Source: Acidobacteriota bacterium | GTDB lineage: Bacteria; Acidobacteriota; Terriglobia; Terriglobales; SCQP01 | DNA length: 64,000 nt | Reading direction: 5' to 3' | NCBI GenBank assembly: GCA_027451805.1 | Contig: DAIDIF010000216.1 | Span: forward strand, 41,583 to 105,582 | Notes under the pieces: generated by a model | Seen by the model: only the letters and a program-made list of their open reading frames with translations | The model's database searches: none | What the model was told of the DNA's origin: nothing | In this document: positions 45,594 to 55,894 of the stretch, piece by piece | Position numbering within the stretch: the first letter of the stretch is position 1 | Layout: every line of letters starts with the position of its first letter | Made by a program: the position numbers and the translations under genes

Positions 45594-46208
45594 CTATGGC
45601 AGTTTTTGCCGCTCAAACGCAAGCAGGAACTGATGCGCCGCGTCCACCGGCTGCGCCGCCGCCCACAGGGCGGAGATGACTGCCACCGCATCGGCGCCGG
45701 CGCGCCATGCCGCGCCGCAAGTTTCGAGCGAGAGGCCCCCGATCGCCACCAGCGGGCCTGGCCACCCGCGTCTTGCCTCCGCTAGGGCTTGGACGCCGAC
45801 CACCGCATCCGGTTTCAACTTCGTCGTGGTCGCAAACACCGGGCCGTAGGCGAGATAGTCGGGCTTGCCCGCCACGGCCACCTGCGCCGAGTTGTGGGTG
45901 GAAAGGCCGATCACGAACCCCTCCGGCGCCAAACGCCGCGCCGCCTCGATCGGAAGGTCGTCCTGGCCCAGATGCACGCCCGCCGCCCCCGCCATCAGCG
46001 CAATGTCCAGCCGATCGTTGACGATCAGCGTGGGCACCACAGCGCGCAGCCGGTCCGCCAGCGCCAGGAACTCGCCTCCGGGCAGCGTCTTCGCCCGCAA
46101 CTGCTGCAGCTCCAGGCCCAGCCCAGCGAAGCCGCGGGCGCACGCCACCAGATCGTGGCCGTGCGCCTGGGCCATCTCTGCGTCCAGAATCGGGTAGAGC
46201 GGCTGCAC
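45594..46208 (-). CDS. thiE: thiamine-phosphate synthase
   Basis: 204 aa. Contains LQLRAK, IVNDRLDIALMAGAAGVHLGQDDLP, GLSTHN, and VAIGG near the C-terminus. Confidence 0.85.
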   Translation of the reverse strand: MQPLYPILDAEMAQAHGHDLVACARGFAGLGLELQQLRAKTLPGGEFLALADRLRAVVPTLIVNDRLDIALMAGAAGVHLGQDDLPIEAARRLAPEGFVIGLSTHNSAQVAVAGKPDYLAYGPVFATTTKLKPDAVVGVQALAEARRGWPGPLVAIGGLSLETCGAAWRAGADAVAVISALWAAAQPVDAAHQFLLAFERQKLP

Positions 46209-46214
46209 GCCGGC

Positions 46215-47606
46215 CTACGGCGCAACCGGTGCGTTGCGGTTCTGCTTCACCGGCATGAAGCGATCCATGAACGCCGTACTCAACCGCCCGGCGCGGAAGT
46301 CGGGTTCGGCCAGGATGCGCCGGTGCAGCGGCACCGAGGTCTCGATCCCCTGGACCACGAACATCTCCAGCGCCCGCTGCATGCGCTGCATCGCCTCCTC
46401 GCGGTCGCGCCCGTGCGTGATCAGTTTGGCGATCAGCGAATCGTAGTAAGGCGGCACCACGCCTTCGGCATACATCGCCGAATCCACCCGCACACCAATG
46501 CCGCCGGGCAGGTTCAGCCCGGTGATCTTGCCCGCCGAAGGCGTAAAGTTCACCGGGTTCTCGGCATTGATGCGGCACTCGATGGCGTGGCCGCGCGGCG
46601 TCAGGCCCAAATCCTTCGGCCCCAGTTCGGGCAGAATGTCGCCCAGGCGCTCGCCCGCCGCGATCCGGATCTGCGCCTTCACCATGTCCACGCCGGTCAC
46701 CATCTCGGTCACCGGATGCTCCACCTGCAGCCGCGTGTTCATTTCGATGAAGTAGAGCTCGCCGCTTTCGTCCATCAGGAACTCGATCGTGCCGGCGTTG
46801 GCGTAGCCCACTTCCGCCATCGCCTTGGCCACCAGCGCGCCCATGTGCGCCCGCAGCGCCGGCGTCACCGGCGTCGCCGGCGATTCCTCGATCAGCTTCT
46901 GGTGCCGCCGCTGCACGCTGCACTCGCGCTCGCTCAGGTGGATCACCCGCCCGTGCTCGTCGCCCAGCACCTGGAACTCGATATGCCGCGGCCGCTCCAC
47001 GAGTTTCTCGAGGTACAGGTCGCCGGAGCCGAAGGCGCTGGCCGCCTCCGCCTGCGCGGCCGAAAACAGACCCGGCATCTCCGCCCCCGTGCGCACGACC
47101 CGCATGCCGCGCCCGCCGCCGCCCGCCGAGGCCTTCACCATCACCGGATAGCCAACCGCCGCGCCCACCGCGATCGCCTCCGCCTCGTCCTTGAGCACCC
47201 CCTCCGAGCCCGGCAGCACGGGCAGTCCGATGGAGCGTGCCGACTCGCGCGCCCGCTCCTTTTCGCCCATCAGCCGGATCACCTCCGGCCGCGGCCCGAT
47301 GAACTTGATCCGGCTGGTCTCGCACACCTCGGCGAAGTTGGCGTTCTCCGACAAGAACCCGTACCCCGGGTGGATGGCGTCCACGTTGGTCAGCTCCGCC
47401 GCGCTGACCACCGCCGGGATGTTCAGGTAGCTGTCGGTCGGGCGTGGCGGCCCGATGCACAGCGCCTCGTCGGCGAAGCGTACGTGCAGCGCGTGCCGGT
47501 CGGCCTGCGAGTAGACCGCGACGGTGCGGATGCCCAATTCCTTGCAGGCGCAGATCACGCGCAGCGCGATCTCGCCGCGGTTGGCGATAAGGATCTTCTT
47601 GAACAT
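46215..47606 (-). CDS. accC: acetyl-CoA carboxylase, biotin carboxylase subunit
   Basis: 463 aa. Begins [21 protein letters not shown]-type N-terminus. Also GYGFLSENA, the ATP-grasp loop [14 protein letters not shown], and [14 protein letters not shown]. Confidence 0.95.
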   Translation of the reverse strand: MFKKILIANRGEIALRVICACKELGIRTVAVYSQADRHALHVRFADEALCIGPPRPTDSYLNIPAVVSAAELTNVDAIHPGYGFLSENANFAEVCETSRIKFIGPRPEVIRLMGEKERARESARSIGLPVLPGSEGVLKDEAEAIAVGAAVGYPVMVKASAGGGGRGMRVVRTGAEMPGLFSAAQAEAASAFGSGDLYLEKLVERPRHIEFQVLGDEHGRVIHLSERECSVQRRHQKLIEESPATPVTPALRAHMGALVAKAMAEVGYANAGTIEFLMDESGELYFIEMNTRLQVEHPVTEMVTGVDMVKAQIRIAAGERLGDILPELGPKDLGLTPRGHAIECRINAENPVNFTPSAGKITGLNLPGGIGVRVDSAMYAEGVVPPYYDSLIAKLITHGRDREEAMQRMQRALEMFVVQGIETSVPLHRRILAEPDFRAGRLSTAFMDRFMPVKQNRNAPVAP

Positions 47607-47613
47607 GGCCCGG

Positions 47614-48063
47614 CTATGCGCGCGGCCGCAGCAGCAGCAGCGCCTGGCCGAACTCCACGGGCTGGCCGTTGGTCACCAGCTTGCGCACCACTTCGCCGGC
47701 GATCTCGGCTTCGATTTCGTTCATCAGTTTCATCGCTTCCACGATGCACAGCACCTGCCCGGCATCCACCTGGTCGCCCGGCCGCACGAACTCCGGCGCC
47801 CCGGGCGCGGGCGATTCGTAATAGGTCCCCACCAGGGGCGAGGTTACCGTCACCAGCCCGTCGTCGGCGCTTGCGGCCGCCGGCGCCCCCGCGTTCGCGC
47901 CCGCCGATGCGGGCGCCACCGCCGCCGGCGCGGGCGCCGCGACCACCGTCGGCGGCACGTTGCGGCGAATGCGAATCCGCCGGCCCTCCTCCTCCAGCTC
48001 GAACTCGTCGATCTGCTTTTCGATGAGCGTGTCGATCAGTTTGCGAATCGCGTCAAAATCCAT
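47614..48063 (-). CDS. accB: acetyl-CoA carboxylase biotin carboxyl carrier protein
   Basis: 149 aa. Ala/Pro-rich linker and the biotinyl-lysine motif [15 protein letters not shown]. Confidence 0.9.
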   Translation of the reverse strand: MDFDAIRKLIDTLIEKQIDEFELEEEGRRIRIRRNVPPTVVAAPAPAAVAPASAGANAGAPAAASADDGLVTVTSPLVGTYYESPAPGAPEFVRPGDQVDAGQVLCIVEAMKLMNEIEAEIAGEVVRKLVTNGQPVEFGQALLLLRPRA

Positions 48064-48095
48064 AGTCTGTGCGGTCCCATCCTTGGGTGCTGCAG

Positions 48096-49172
48096 CTACA
48101 ACTGGAGCAGTTGCTTGGGCGTTGGCGTCAGCCCCTCCGCCCCCCGCTCCGTCACCACCACCACATCCTCAATCCGCACCCCTCCCCAGCCGGGAATGTA
48201 TACCCCCGGTTCAATCGTGATGACCTGGCCCGCCGCCAGCCGCTCTTTCGAGGCGGCTCCGAGCCGCGGGGCCTCGTGTATCTCCAAGCCTACGCCATGC
48301 CCGGTGGAATGGGGAAAGTACCCGCCCCAACCCGCCTTGGCGATCACCCGGCGCGCCGCCCGGTCCACCGCCGCGCAGGCCACGCCCGGTTTCACCGCCG
48401 CCATCGCCGCCTGCTGCGCCTCCAGCACCGCGGCGTAGACCGCCCGCGCCTTGCGGCTGGGCTCGCCCAAGTGTAGCGTGCGCGTCATGTCGCTGCAGTA
48501 GCCGCCCAGGCGCACACCATAATCCACCACCACAAATCCACGCTCGGGCAGGCGTTCGCCCCCCGGGTGCGCATGCACCAGCGCCCCATGCGCGCCACCC
48601 GCCAGGATGGTCTCAAACGCCAGCCCCTCGGCGCCCGCCAGCCGCAGCTGATACTCCAGCCAGCCGGCTGCCGCGGTTTCCTTCATTCCCGGCCGCAGCT
48701 TCGCCGTCAGCTTGGCAAATCCGCTTGAGGCCAACTCCACCGCCCGCTGGATCGCGGTGATCTCCTCGCGTTCCTTCACCGCCCGCAGCGCCTCGATCTC
48801 GCCCCGTAGCGGCATCAAATTCTTCCCGTTGCCGGCCCAATTCTCCCGCCAGCGCGCGCTCTGTGCCAGGGTCACGTGCTCGGCTTCCATTCCCACCCGG
48901 CGCCGCCGCCGCGCCCGCTGCGCCGCCGCCTTCCATAAATCCCCCTTTGGCGGTATCTCGACCTTGGCCTCGCGCACCTCCTGCTTCGCCTGCTCCCGGT
49001 AGCGCCCATCGGTATACAGCCACGCCCCGGCCGCCTCGAGCAGCAGCAGTGCATTCGAGCCGCTAAACCCGGTCAAATAGCGGATGTTGGGCAGGTGCGC
49101 TACCACCAGCGCCTCTACCCCTGCTCCCTCCAGCCGCTGCCTCGCCGCCGCCTGCCTCGCTCGGTAGTCCAT
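48096..49172 (-). CDS. M24 family Xaa-Pro aminopeptidase
   Basis: 358 aa. Creatinase-like N-domain plus pita-bread domain (VVDYG..YCSDMTRT, HSTGHGVGLEIHE, TIEPG.Y..G.GGVRIED). Confidence 0.85.
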   Translation of the reverse strand: MDYRARQAAARQRLEGAGVEALVVAHLPNIRYLTGFSGSNALLLLEAAGAWLYTDGRYREQAKQEVREAKVEIPPKGDLWKAAAQRARRRRRVGMEAEHVTLAQSARWRENWAGNGKNLMPLRGEIEALRAVKEREEITAIQRAVELASSGFAKLTAKLRPGMKETAAAGWLEYQLRLAGAEGLAFETILAGGAHGALVHAHPGGERLPERGFVVVDYGVRLGGYCSDMTRTLHLGEPSRKARAVYAAVLEAQQAAMAAVKPGVACAAVDRAARRVIAKAGWGGYFPHSTGHGVGLEIHEAPRLGAASKERLAAGQVITIEPGVYIPGWGGVRIEDVVVVTERGAEGLTPTPKQLLQL

Positions 49173-49183
49173 GGCTCATCGCC

Positions 49184-49990
49184 ATGGTAGCCCATCGCGT
49201 CCTCGCGCCATCTAAGCCAACCGTGCCTCACGTCTCCGGCGCCGCGGTTCCCGACCCCGAAGCGGGCGATCACCAGCGTTTCGAGCGCGCGTTTCGCGAG
49301 CGTGAGCTCGGCTTCCGCGGCGACGCCCGCGTGCGTTACGAGCGCGCGGTCGAGCGCGAGGCCGTCGTCTATCGCCTGCAGCGGGCCGCGCCGCGTGGCG
49401 CGGCTGTGCTCGACGCCGGCTGCGGCTTGGGCGCGGTTACGCGCGCCCTGCTGCGCGCCGGCTTCCGCGTCATCGCGCTGGACTTCGCTTTGGCGCGCCT
49501 CCGCGCGCTGCAGGCGGCGGCCGGCCCCGTCGCCGCGCTGGCGCTGGCTCAAGCCGATGTGACCCGCCTGCCGCTCGCGCCCGCCTCGTTCGACGCCGTC
49601 GTTTGCACCCAGGTGCTGGAACACATCCCCGCCGCCGCCGCACGCCGCGCCGTACTGGCGAGCTTTTGCCGCTTGCTCCGTCCCGGCGGCACCCTCCTGC
49701 TCACCGTTTACAACTTCAGCGGGCCTTGGCGCCGCCGCGGCCAACCCGCCGAGGGCCTGCACGATACCGGCGTCTTCTACCACTGCTACACCGCAAGCGA
49801 ACTCGAGCGCGAGCTCGCCGGCCTCGACATCCTCGAGCTTTGCGGCCTGATCCACCTGCTGCCGCGCACCTACCGCCTGTTTCCCCGCCTCGGTCCCCTC
49901 GCCCGCACCATCGACCATGGCCTCGAGCGCCCCACCCCCCTGAGCCTCCGCTGGGGCAACCTCCTGCTGGCTTACGCGCGGCGGAGCTAG
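49184..49990 (+). CDS. class I SAM-dependent methyltransferase
   Basis: 268 aa. Contains VLDAGCGLGAVTRALLRAGFRVIALDF, FDAVVCTQVLEHI and RLLRPGGTLLL. Confidence 0.7.
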   Translation: MVAHRVLAPSKPTVPHVSGAAVPDPEAGDHQRFERAFRERELGFRGDARVRYERAVEREAVVYRLQRAAPRGAAVLDAGCGLGAVTRALLRAGFRVIALDFALARLRALQAAAGPVAALALAQADVTRLPLAPASFDAVVCTQVLEHIPAAAARRAVLASFCRLLRPGGTLLLTVYNFSGPWRRRGQPAEGLHDTGVFYHCYTASELERELAGLDILELCGLIHLLPRTYRLFPRLGPLARTIDHGLERPTPLSLRWGNLLLAYARRS

Positions 49991-50922
49991 TGCTGTTCCG
50001 CCAGGAAGCGCTCGACCTCGATCGCCGCCATGCAGCCGCTGCCGGCGGCGGTGATCGCCTGGCGGTACTTGCGGTCCTGCACGTCGCCGCAGGCGTAGAC
50101 GCCGGCGATCGGGGTCTTGACGTATTCGGTGGTGAGCAGGTAGCCGTCGCCATCGGTGGGCAACTGGCGGCCGAAGGCGCGGGTGTTGGGCGTGTGCCCG
50201 ATGCCGAGAAACACCGCCGCGATCGGCAGCTCCCACTCCTTGGGCTCGCCCCGGGTCGCCCGCAGGCGCACGCCGGTGACGGCCTTCTGGGCCACATCCA
50301 GCACCTCGATCACTTCGGCGTTGAGCACCCACTTGATCTTGGCGTGCTCGCGCGCCCGCTCCAGCATGATCTTCGAGGCGCGAAACTCATCCCGCCGGTG
50401 CACGACGGTCACCGAGCTGGCGAAACGGGTGAGAAACAGCGCCTCTTCCATCGCCGAGTCCCCGCCGCCGATCACCAGAATGTCCTTGCCGCGGAAGAAA
50501 AACCCGTCGCAGGTGGCGCAGCTCGACACCCCGTGCCCGATCAGCGCCTGCTCGCTGGGCAGGTCGAGCCAGCGGGCGCGCGCGCCGGAGGCGATGATCA
50601 GCGCCTGCGTCTGGATCGGCGCCTTGCCATCCTCCAGTTCCAGCGTGAAGGGGCGCGCGCCCAGCTTGGCCTCCGCCACCTCGTCCGCCAGGAACTCCGC
50701 CCCAAACGCTGCCGCCTGCACCCGCATGTTCTCGATCAACTGCGGCCCCTGGATGCCCTCGGGAAAGCCGGGAAAGTTTTCCACCAGCGTGGTCAGGCTC
50801 AACTGCCCGCCGGCTTCGTGCCCCTCGATCACCAGCGGCTTCAGCCCGGCGCGGGCGGTATAGATCGCGGCGGTGAGGCCGGCGCACCCCGACCCCAGAA
50901 TCACAACCTGACGTGTCTGCAT
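49987..50922 (-). CDS. trxB: thioredoxin-disulfide reductase
   Basis: 311 aa. FAD motif ILGSGCAGLTAAIY, redox-active CATCDG, NADPH motif VIGGGDSAMEEA. Confidence 0.9.
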   Translation of the reverse strand: MQTRQVVILGSGCAGLTAAIYTARAGLKPLVIEGHEAGGQLSLTTLVENFPGFPEGIQGPQLIENMRVQAAAFGAEFLADEVAEAKLGARPFTLELEDGKAPIQTQALIIASGARARWLDLPSEQALIGHGVSSCATCDGFFFRGKDILVIGGGDSAMEEALFLTRFASSVTVVHRRDEFRASKIMLERAREHAKIKWVLNAEVIEVLDVAQKAVTGVRLRATRGEPKEWELPIAAVFLGIGHTPNTRAFGRQLPTDGDGYLLTTEYVKTPIAGVYACGDVQDRKYRQAITAAGSGCMAAIEVERFLAEQH

Positions 50923-50974
50923 TGCGGAACCCGAATGCTAGACTACCATTTAGCTTTCTGCGAGGGATCCGCCT

Positions 50975-51508
50975 ATGCCCGCACCTGCCGCCCCCGGCCT
51001 CTACGCCCACTTCAGCACCACGCTCGGCGACTTCACCGCCCGCCTCTTCGAAGCCGAGGCGCCCCTGACGGTGGCCAACTTCGCCGGCCTCGCCGAAGGC
51101 TCCAAGGAATTCACCGATCCGAAGACCGGGCAGAAGGCCAAGCGCCCGTTCTACAACGGCTTGGTCTTCCATCGCGTCATCCCCGATTTCATGATCCAGG
51201 GCGGCGATCCGCTCGGCACCGGCACGGGCGGGCCGGGCTACCAGTTCGGCGACGAGTTCCATCCCAGCCTCAACCACGCCCGCCCCGGCATGCTCTCCAT
51301 GGCCAACGCCGGGCCCGGCACCAACGGTTCGCAGTTCTTCGTCACCGTCGCCCCCACAGCCTGGCTCGACCGCAAGCACTCGATCTTCGGCGAGGTGGTC
51401 GCCGGCTACGACGTGGTCGAGAAGATCGCCCACGCCCCGCGCGACGCGCGCGACCGGCCCAAGACACCGGTGGTCATGCACCAGGTGCGCATCGAGCGCG
51501 TGAGTTAG
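50975..51508 (+). CDS. cyclophilin-type peptidyl-prolyl cis-trans isomerase
   Basis: 177 aa. Contains [35 protein letters not shown] and HSIFGEVV. Confidence 0.9.
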   Translation: MPAPAAPGLYAHFSTTLGDFTARLFEAEAPLTVANFAGLAEGSKEFTDPKTGQKAKRPFYNGLVFHRVIPDFMIQGGDPLGTGTGGPGYQFGDEFHPSLNHARPGMLSMANAGPGTNGSQFFVTVAPTAWLDRKHSIFGEVVAGYDVVEKIAHAPRDARDRPKTPVVMHQVRIERVS

Positions 51509-51532
51509 CGGCAGCGCCCTTCGTCTCGCAGG

Positions 51533-52456
51533 ATGCCTCTTCCGCCCAAGTGGCAATTCAAGCTGAACCGGCTGCGCAACCGCTGGGAGGCGTGGAAGGG
51601 CGATCTGCGCCAGAGCGAGCAGTCCCTCGGTGCTGAGACCAAGATGTGCCCCTCCTGCCGCGCCCTGGTGCCGCGCGGCAAGGCCGCCTGCCCCTATTGC
51701 GGGCAGCGCCTGAAGGTTTTCGGCACCGGCCCCACCGGCAAACTCCTGCAGCGCGCCATGCCTGGCACCGTGCCGGTGACTGCCATCCTGGTGCTGATGA
51801 ACTTCGTCATGTTCATCGTCGAGTACGCCGTCGCCGGGCAGGGCATCCTCACCCATCTCATGAGCGGGCCCAGCCAGGGGGCAACCTTGCGCCTCGGCGA
51901 AAGCATTCCGCTGGGCTACGTCATCGCCACCCATCAGTACTGGCGCTTCGTCACCGCCTGCTTTTTGCACGGCGGCCTGCTCCACATCGGCTTCAACATG
52001 TGGGCGCTGTACGACATCGGCCAGATCGTGGAGTCTTTCTACGGCGGCGCCAAGTTTCTGTTCTTCTATATCACCACCGGCATTTTCGGTTATCTCGTCT
52101 CCAGCTACGTCGGCTACTTCAGCCTGGGCGCCAGCGGCGCCATCTTCGGCATCCTGGGGGTCATGATCGCCTACGGCGTGCGCCGCAGCCACACCGCCAT
52201 GGGCCGGCAGTTGCGCAGCGTTGCGATGCGCTGGGCGGTCTACGCGCTCATCATCGCCTTCGTCATCCCCGGCGTGGATAATGCCGCCCACCTCGGGGGC
52301 CTCGCCAGCGGCTTCGTGCTCGGCATGCTGGTCGGCGACGACCCGCCGCTCACCGAAGCGCAAATGAGCCGCTGGCGCATGATCCAGCTGGCCGTGATCC
52401 TGGTCGTCGCGGTTTCGTTCTGGCTTATGGCGACTTCGCCGGTGCGGCTGGGCTGA
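51533..52456 (+). CDS. rhomboid family intramembrane serine protease with N-terminal zinc-ribbon
   Basis: 307 aa. CPSC..CPYCG ribbon, then HGGLLHIGFNM, catalytic GASGAIFG and AHLGGLASG. Confidence 0.85.
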   Translation: MPLPPKWQFKLNRLRNRWEAWKGDLRQSEQSLGAETKMCPSCRALVPRGKAACPYCGQRLKVFGTGPTGKLLQRAMPGTVPVTAILVLMNFVMFIVEYAVAGQGILTHLMSGPSQGATLRLGESIPLGYVIATHQYWRFVTACFLHGGLLHIGFNMWALYDIGQIVESFYGGAKFLFFYITTGIFGYLVSSYVGYFSLGASGAIFGILGVMIAYGVRRSHTAMGRQLRSVAMRWAVYALIIAFVIPGVDNAAHLGGLASGFVLGMLVGDDPPLTEAQMSRWRMIQLAVILVVAVSFWLMATSPVRLG

Positions 52457-53663
52457 TGGCCGCCGTGGCCGTGCCCGCGGCGGCCATCTCCCCGAATCGC
52501 CGCCCCTTCCGCTCCGGCCCCAGCGCCACCGCCAGCGCCACCGCCGCCAGAATCACCACCACAAACCCCGCCAGCGCTGGCCCGTACCCGAAGCGCGCGC
52601 GAAGCGCGTACTCGATGTTGCTGGTGGGTGAGGCGATCAGGATGCCGATCTGGTAGCTGAAGCCCGGCAGCAGCCCGCGCGCCGACTCCGGCGCGAGTTC
52701 GTTCAAGTGCGCCGGAATGATCCCCCAGGCCCCCTGCACCCCCGCCTGCATGAGGAACGCACCCGCCGCCAGCAGCGCGGCGCTGTGGCTGAAGGTCCAT
52801 AGCGGCAGCACCAGCAGCGACAGCCCGAGGGCCGCCAGCATGCTCCTTCTGCGGCCCCAGGGCTCCGACAACATCCCGAACGCGAGCGCTCCGGCCACCG
52901 CGCCCAGGTTGTACAGCACCGCGATCCACGCCACGGTATTCGCCGCGAGGTGGTGCACCGTGCTCAAGAAGTCCGGATAGAGATCCTGGGTGCCGTGGGA
53001 GAGATAGTTCATCAGCGCCATCAGCACGATCAGGTACGCTACCTGCTTGCCGCCCGCCGCCAGCGTCTTCAGGATCGCCTTCACCGAAGGCGCCCGGCTC
53101 CGCTCCCACGCCGCCGATTCCGGCACCTTCCGCCGGATGTAGAGCGCCAGCAGCGCCGGCAGCCCGCCCACCCAGAACATCGCCCGCCAGCCCAGGGTTG
53201 GCAGTACGAAGCGCGCGCACAGCGCCGCCAGTAGGTAGCCGATCGGGTAGCCGCTCTGCAGCAGCCCCGAGAGCACGCCCCGCCGCTTCTCCGGCGCCGC
53301 CTCCCTGGCCAGCGCCGCCCCCACGCCCCACTCGCCGCCCATGCCGATGCCGAACAGCGCCCGCAGAATCAGGAAGACCGTGAAGTTGGGGGCGAACCCG
53401 CATGCCACCTCGATCACTGCGAAATACAAAACGTTCGCCATCAGCGGCCGCCGCCGCCCGTAGCGGTCCGCCAGCAGGCCGAACAGCAGCGCCCCCAGCG
53501 GCCGCATCGCCAGCGTGGCCGTTATGGACCACAGGATCGCCGACTTCGGCACCGCGAACTGCGCCGCCAGCCGCCCCACCAGGAACACCACCACGAAGAA
53601 ATCGAAGGCGTCCAGCATCCAGCCGAGGAAGCTGGCGGCCAGGGCGTGGCGCGAGCGGCTCAT
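52425..53663 (-). CDS. MFS transporter
   Basis: ORF-track 52425..53714 trimmed to ATG 53663. Begins MSRSRHALAASFLGWMLDAFDFF. MFS loop motif GLLADRYGRRRPLM and 12 TM-like segments. The 3' end overlaps the rhomboid gene convergently by 32 nt. Confidence 0.8.
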   Translation of the reverse strand: MSRSRHALAASFLGWMLDAFDFFVVVFLVGRLAAQFAVPKSAILWSITATLAMRPLGALLFGLLADRYGRRRPLMANVLYFAVIEVACGFAPNFTVFLILRALFGIGMGGEWGVGAALAREAAPEKRRGVLSGLLQSGYPIGYLLAALCARFVLPTLGWRAMFWVGGLPALLALYIRRKVPESAAWERSRAPSVKAILKTLAAGGKQVAYLIVLMALMNYLSHGTQDLYPDFLSTVHHLAANTVAWIAVLYNLGAVAGALAFGMLSEPWGRRRSMLAALGLSLLVLPLWTFSHSAALLAAGAFLMQAGVQGAWGIIPAHLNELAPESARGLLPGFSYQIGILIASPTSNIEYALRARFGYGPALAGFVVVILAAVALAVALGPERKGRRFGEMAAAGTATAAISPAAPAKSP

Positions 53664-53697
53664 GTCCCCGGCATTATACGGCGGGCGAAGGGTCGGT

Positions 53698-55539
53698 CTA
53701 CCCGTGCAGGGCAATGTAGGTGATCGCCGACACGGTCAGTCCGTTGACGGTCACGTCGGTGGGATCCACCTGGTTGGCGTCCAAGGCGCCGGTGATCGGG
53801 TTTGCGTTCTGCAGCAGCCGCAGATCCATCTTCAGCAACAGCGTGCGGTCGGCGCGCACCGCCAACCCGTACGCCCGCCCATCGCTGCCGGTGAACACCG
53901 CCAGCGTCTGCGGCTGCCCCAGCGGCGTGTTCTGCCACGGCAGTCCGTCCGGCCCCAACGGCATGCGCGCCCAGCGGATCGGCGACGGACTGCCCGGCGT
54001 GCCCGACGGCGCCGCCGGCGGCATCGCCGCCACCGCCACGCACCCGCCCAAGTTCGCCAGCCAGCCGGTGTGGCTGGTGAAGTCCAGATCCATCCCCTTC
54101 CAGGTGCCCGCGCACGCGGTGCTGATCGTGAACGGCGCTGCCGGCGTCAGCAGGTTGCCGGTGCTGCTCAGCGCGTTGTTGAAGTTCAGGTCCAGATACG
54201 TGCCCGTGTCCGCATCGCCCACCGTCAGCACCCCGGCCTGCGGATCGAACGTCGCCGTATCCGTCCCGGTGCCGAAGATAGCGCTCTGCGGCTCCGCCGT
54301 TGACACCGTCCCCGTCACCAGGTCAATCACGTTCACGCCGCTGCCGTTGCTGTTGTGGTAGGGCGCGTAGATGCGCTGCGTGTTCGGATCGTAGGCGAAG
54401 TTGGCCGCCGCTGGCACCGCGTAGGGCGCGCTCGCCGCGCCGGTGTCCAGGTTCAGCGTCAAAAACCCCGCCGCCGTGTCCAGAATCGCCTCGTCCCGCG
54501 AACTGTCCACCATCACGGCGCAGATCGTGCAGGACGCACCGTCCACCGTCGCCGTTCCGGTCACCGGCACCGGCAGCGACTGCACCACCTGGTCGCGGTT
54601 GGCATCCACGACCTGCAGGACGTTGCTGCCGGCGCTCGCCACCACGAGTTCGTTCTTCGCCGGATGCGCCGCCACCTCGCTCGGCACGTAGCCGCTCGGC
54701 ATCACCACCGAACCGATTTGTTTGTTGGTGTCCAAATTCACCACCGCCAGGCTGTCCACCTGCGGTACGTACGCCTTGGTCGCGAACACCGGGTTGCCGC
54801 TGCTGTCGCTGCCCGCTTGCGCCACCTCCACCGCCACCGCACTTGAAGTCGCCGGGCTCGCCGGCTGGCTGCGGATGGCGAAGTTGTTCGTCGGCCCGAA
54901 CGGATAGGGGTTGCTCACGCTCAACCCCAGCAGTCCGGCCGACTGAATTCGCGCCGTCACTTTCAGCTCGCTGGGGCTGACATACTGCACCGGCCCCAGC
55001 GTCGCGCCGCTGAGGCTCACGGTCGCGCCTTGCGCGAAATAGGCCCCGGCGATGTCCAGGGTATAGTTCAGCCCCTGCGTCAGCACCGCCGGCGTCACCG
55101 CGCTGGTCGTTGCCGTGGGGTTGAGCAGCGTAATCGTGGTGCTCGCCGTCTGCGTGGGGTCGGCTTGCGCCCGTGCCAGAATGGTCACCGTGTTCGGCGT
55201 TGGCACTTGCAGCGGCGCGGTATACACCCCGCTGTTGGTCACATACCCCCACACGTTGTTGCCGCCTTGGACGTAATTGCCGTCCTGCCCCACCGAGTAA
55301 AACAGCGTCTGGTTGCTGGAGTTGTTCACCGCCCCGTTCAGCTGGAGCGAGGACGGCACGACCGCGCCGCTGCTGTCCAGCGACGAGATCACCAGCGTTG
55401 GGGTGAAGTTCGACAGCACCACCGCCACCGGCGGTGGCGGGATGTAGTAAGTGTTGCAGCCGCCGGCTGCGAACGCCACGGCCAGCAACACTCCGATCGC
55501 CAACGCCGGGCGGCGCTTGGTTGCAGGAAACAGTCTCAT
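53698..55539 (-). CDS. lipoprotein with Ig-like (IPT/TIG-type) region and YVTN-type beta-propeller repeats
   Basis: ORF-track 53698..55674 trimmed to ATG 55539. Lipobox LLAVAFAAGGC. Repeats such as VAAHPAKNELVVASAGSNVLQVVDANRDQVV resemble YVTN repeats. The function is unknown. Confidence 0.6.
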   Translation of the reverse strand: MRLFPATKRRPALAIGVLLAVAFAAGGCNTYYIPPPPVAVVLSNFTPTLVISSLDSSGAVVPSSLQLNGAVNNSSNQTLFYSVGQDGNYVQGGNNVWGYVTNSGVYTAPLQVPTPNTVTILARAQADPTQTASTTITLLNPTATTSAVTPAVLTQGLNYTLDIAGAYFAQGATVSLSGATLGPVQYVSPSELKVTARIQSAGLLGLSVSNPYPFGPTNNFAIRSQPASPATSSAVAVEVAQAGSDSSGNPVFATKAYVPQVDSLAVVNLDTNKQIGSVVMPSGYVPSEVAAHPAKNELVVASAGSNVLQVVDANRDQVVQSLPVPVTGTATVDGASCTICAVMVDSSRDEAILDTAAGFLTLNLDTGAASAPYAVPAAANFAYDPNTQRIYAPYHNSNGSGVNVIDLVTGTVSTAEPQSAIFGTGTDTATFDPQAGVLTVGDADTGTYLDLNFNNALSSTGNLLTPAAPFTISTACAGTWKGMDLDFTSHTGWLANLGGCVAVAAMPPAAPSGTPGSPSPIRWARMPLGPDGLPWQNTPLGQPQTLAVFTGSDGRAYGLAVRADRTLLLKMDLRLLQNANPITGALDANQVDPTDVTVNGLTVSAITYIALHG

Positions 55540-55705
55540 GAGAAATCGTTCACGCAGAGAAGCCTGGCCGCGCTGTAGCCCCCGACGATGTACACAAGGG
55601 AGGCCGGCCGCTGCCGCAAAGATCGAGCGCAATTCTGTGCCATTATAACCAACTTGATCCCACCCCCACTGCACTTCTGGCCCTCAGCGTGCTAATAATC
55701 TCGAC

Positions 55706-55843
55706 GTGGGCACCGTAATTTTGGAAGACGCGTCTGCATTGGCTCTGATTCTCGCCGCTTTGGCGGTCACCACCGGCGTTGGCTTTCTGGCGCTGCAGTT
55801 GATTGTTCGCGGCATTGGGCAAAAACTGCGCCCCCGGCTTTAG
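55706..55843 (+). CDS. possible 45-aa single-TM micro-protein (not in ORF track)
   Basis: GTG..TAG ORF in the 355-nt intergenic region. Translation MGTVILEDASALALILAALAVTTGVGFLALQLIVRGIGQKLRPRL has one hydrophobic helix and a basic tail. There is no clear SD, and GC3 is lower than in neighbouring genes, so it is weakly supported. Confidence 0.2.
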   Translation: MGTVILEDASALALILAALAVTTGVGFLALQLIVRGIGQKLRPRL

Positions 55844-55894
55844 GCATTTGATCTGGACGGGGCCGCGGGCGCGCCCGTTACAATACGGAGCGGA

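Noticed and set aside
46209-46214. Expected TPP riboswitch upstream of thiE.
   Set aside because: Only 6 nt separate the accC stop from the thiE start, so there is no room for a riboswitch.
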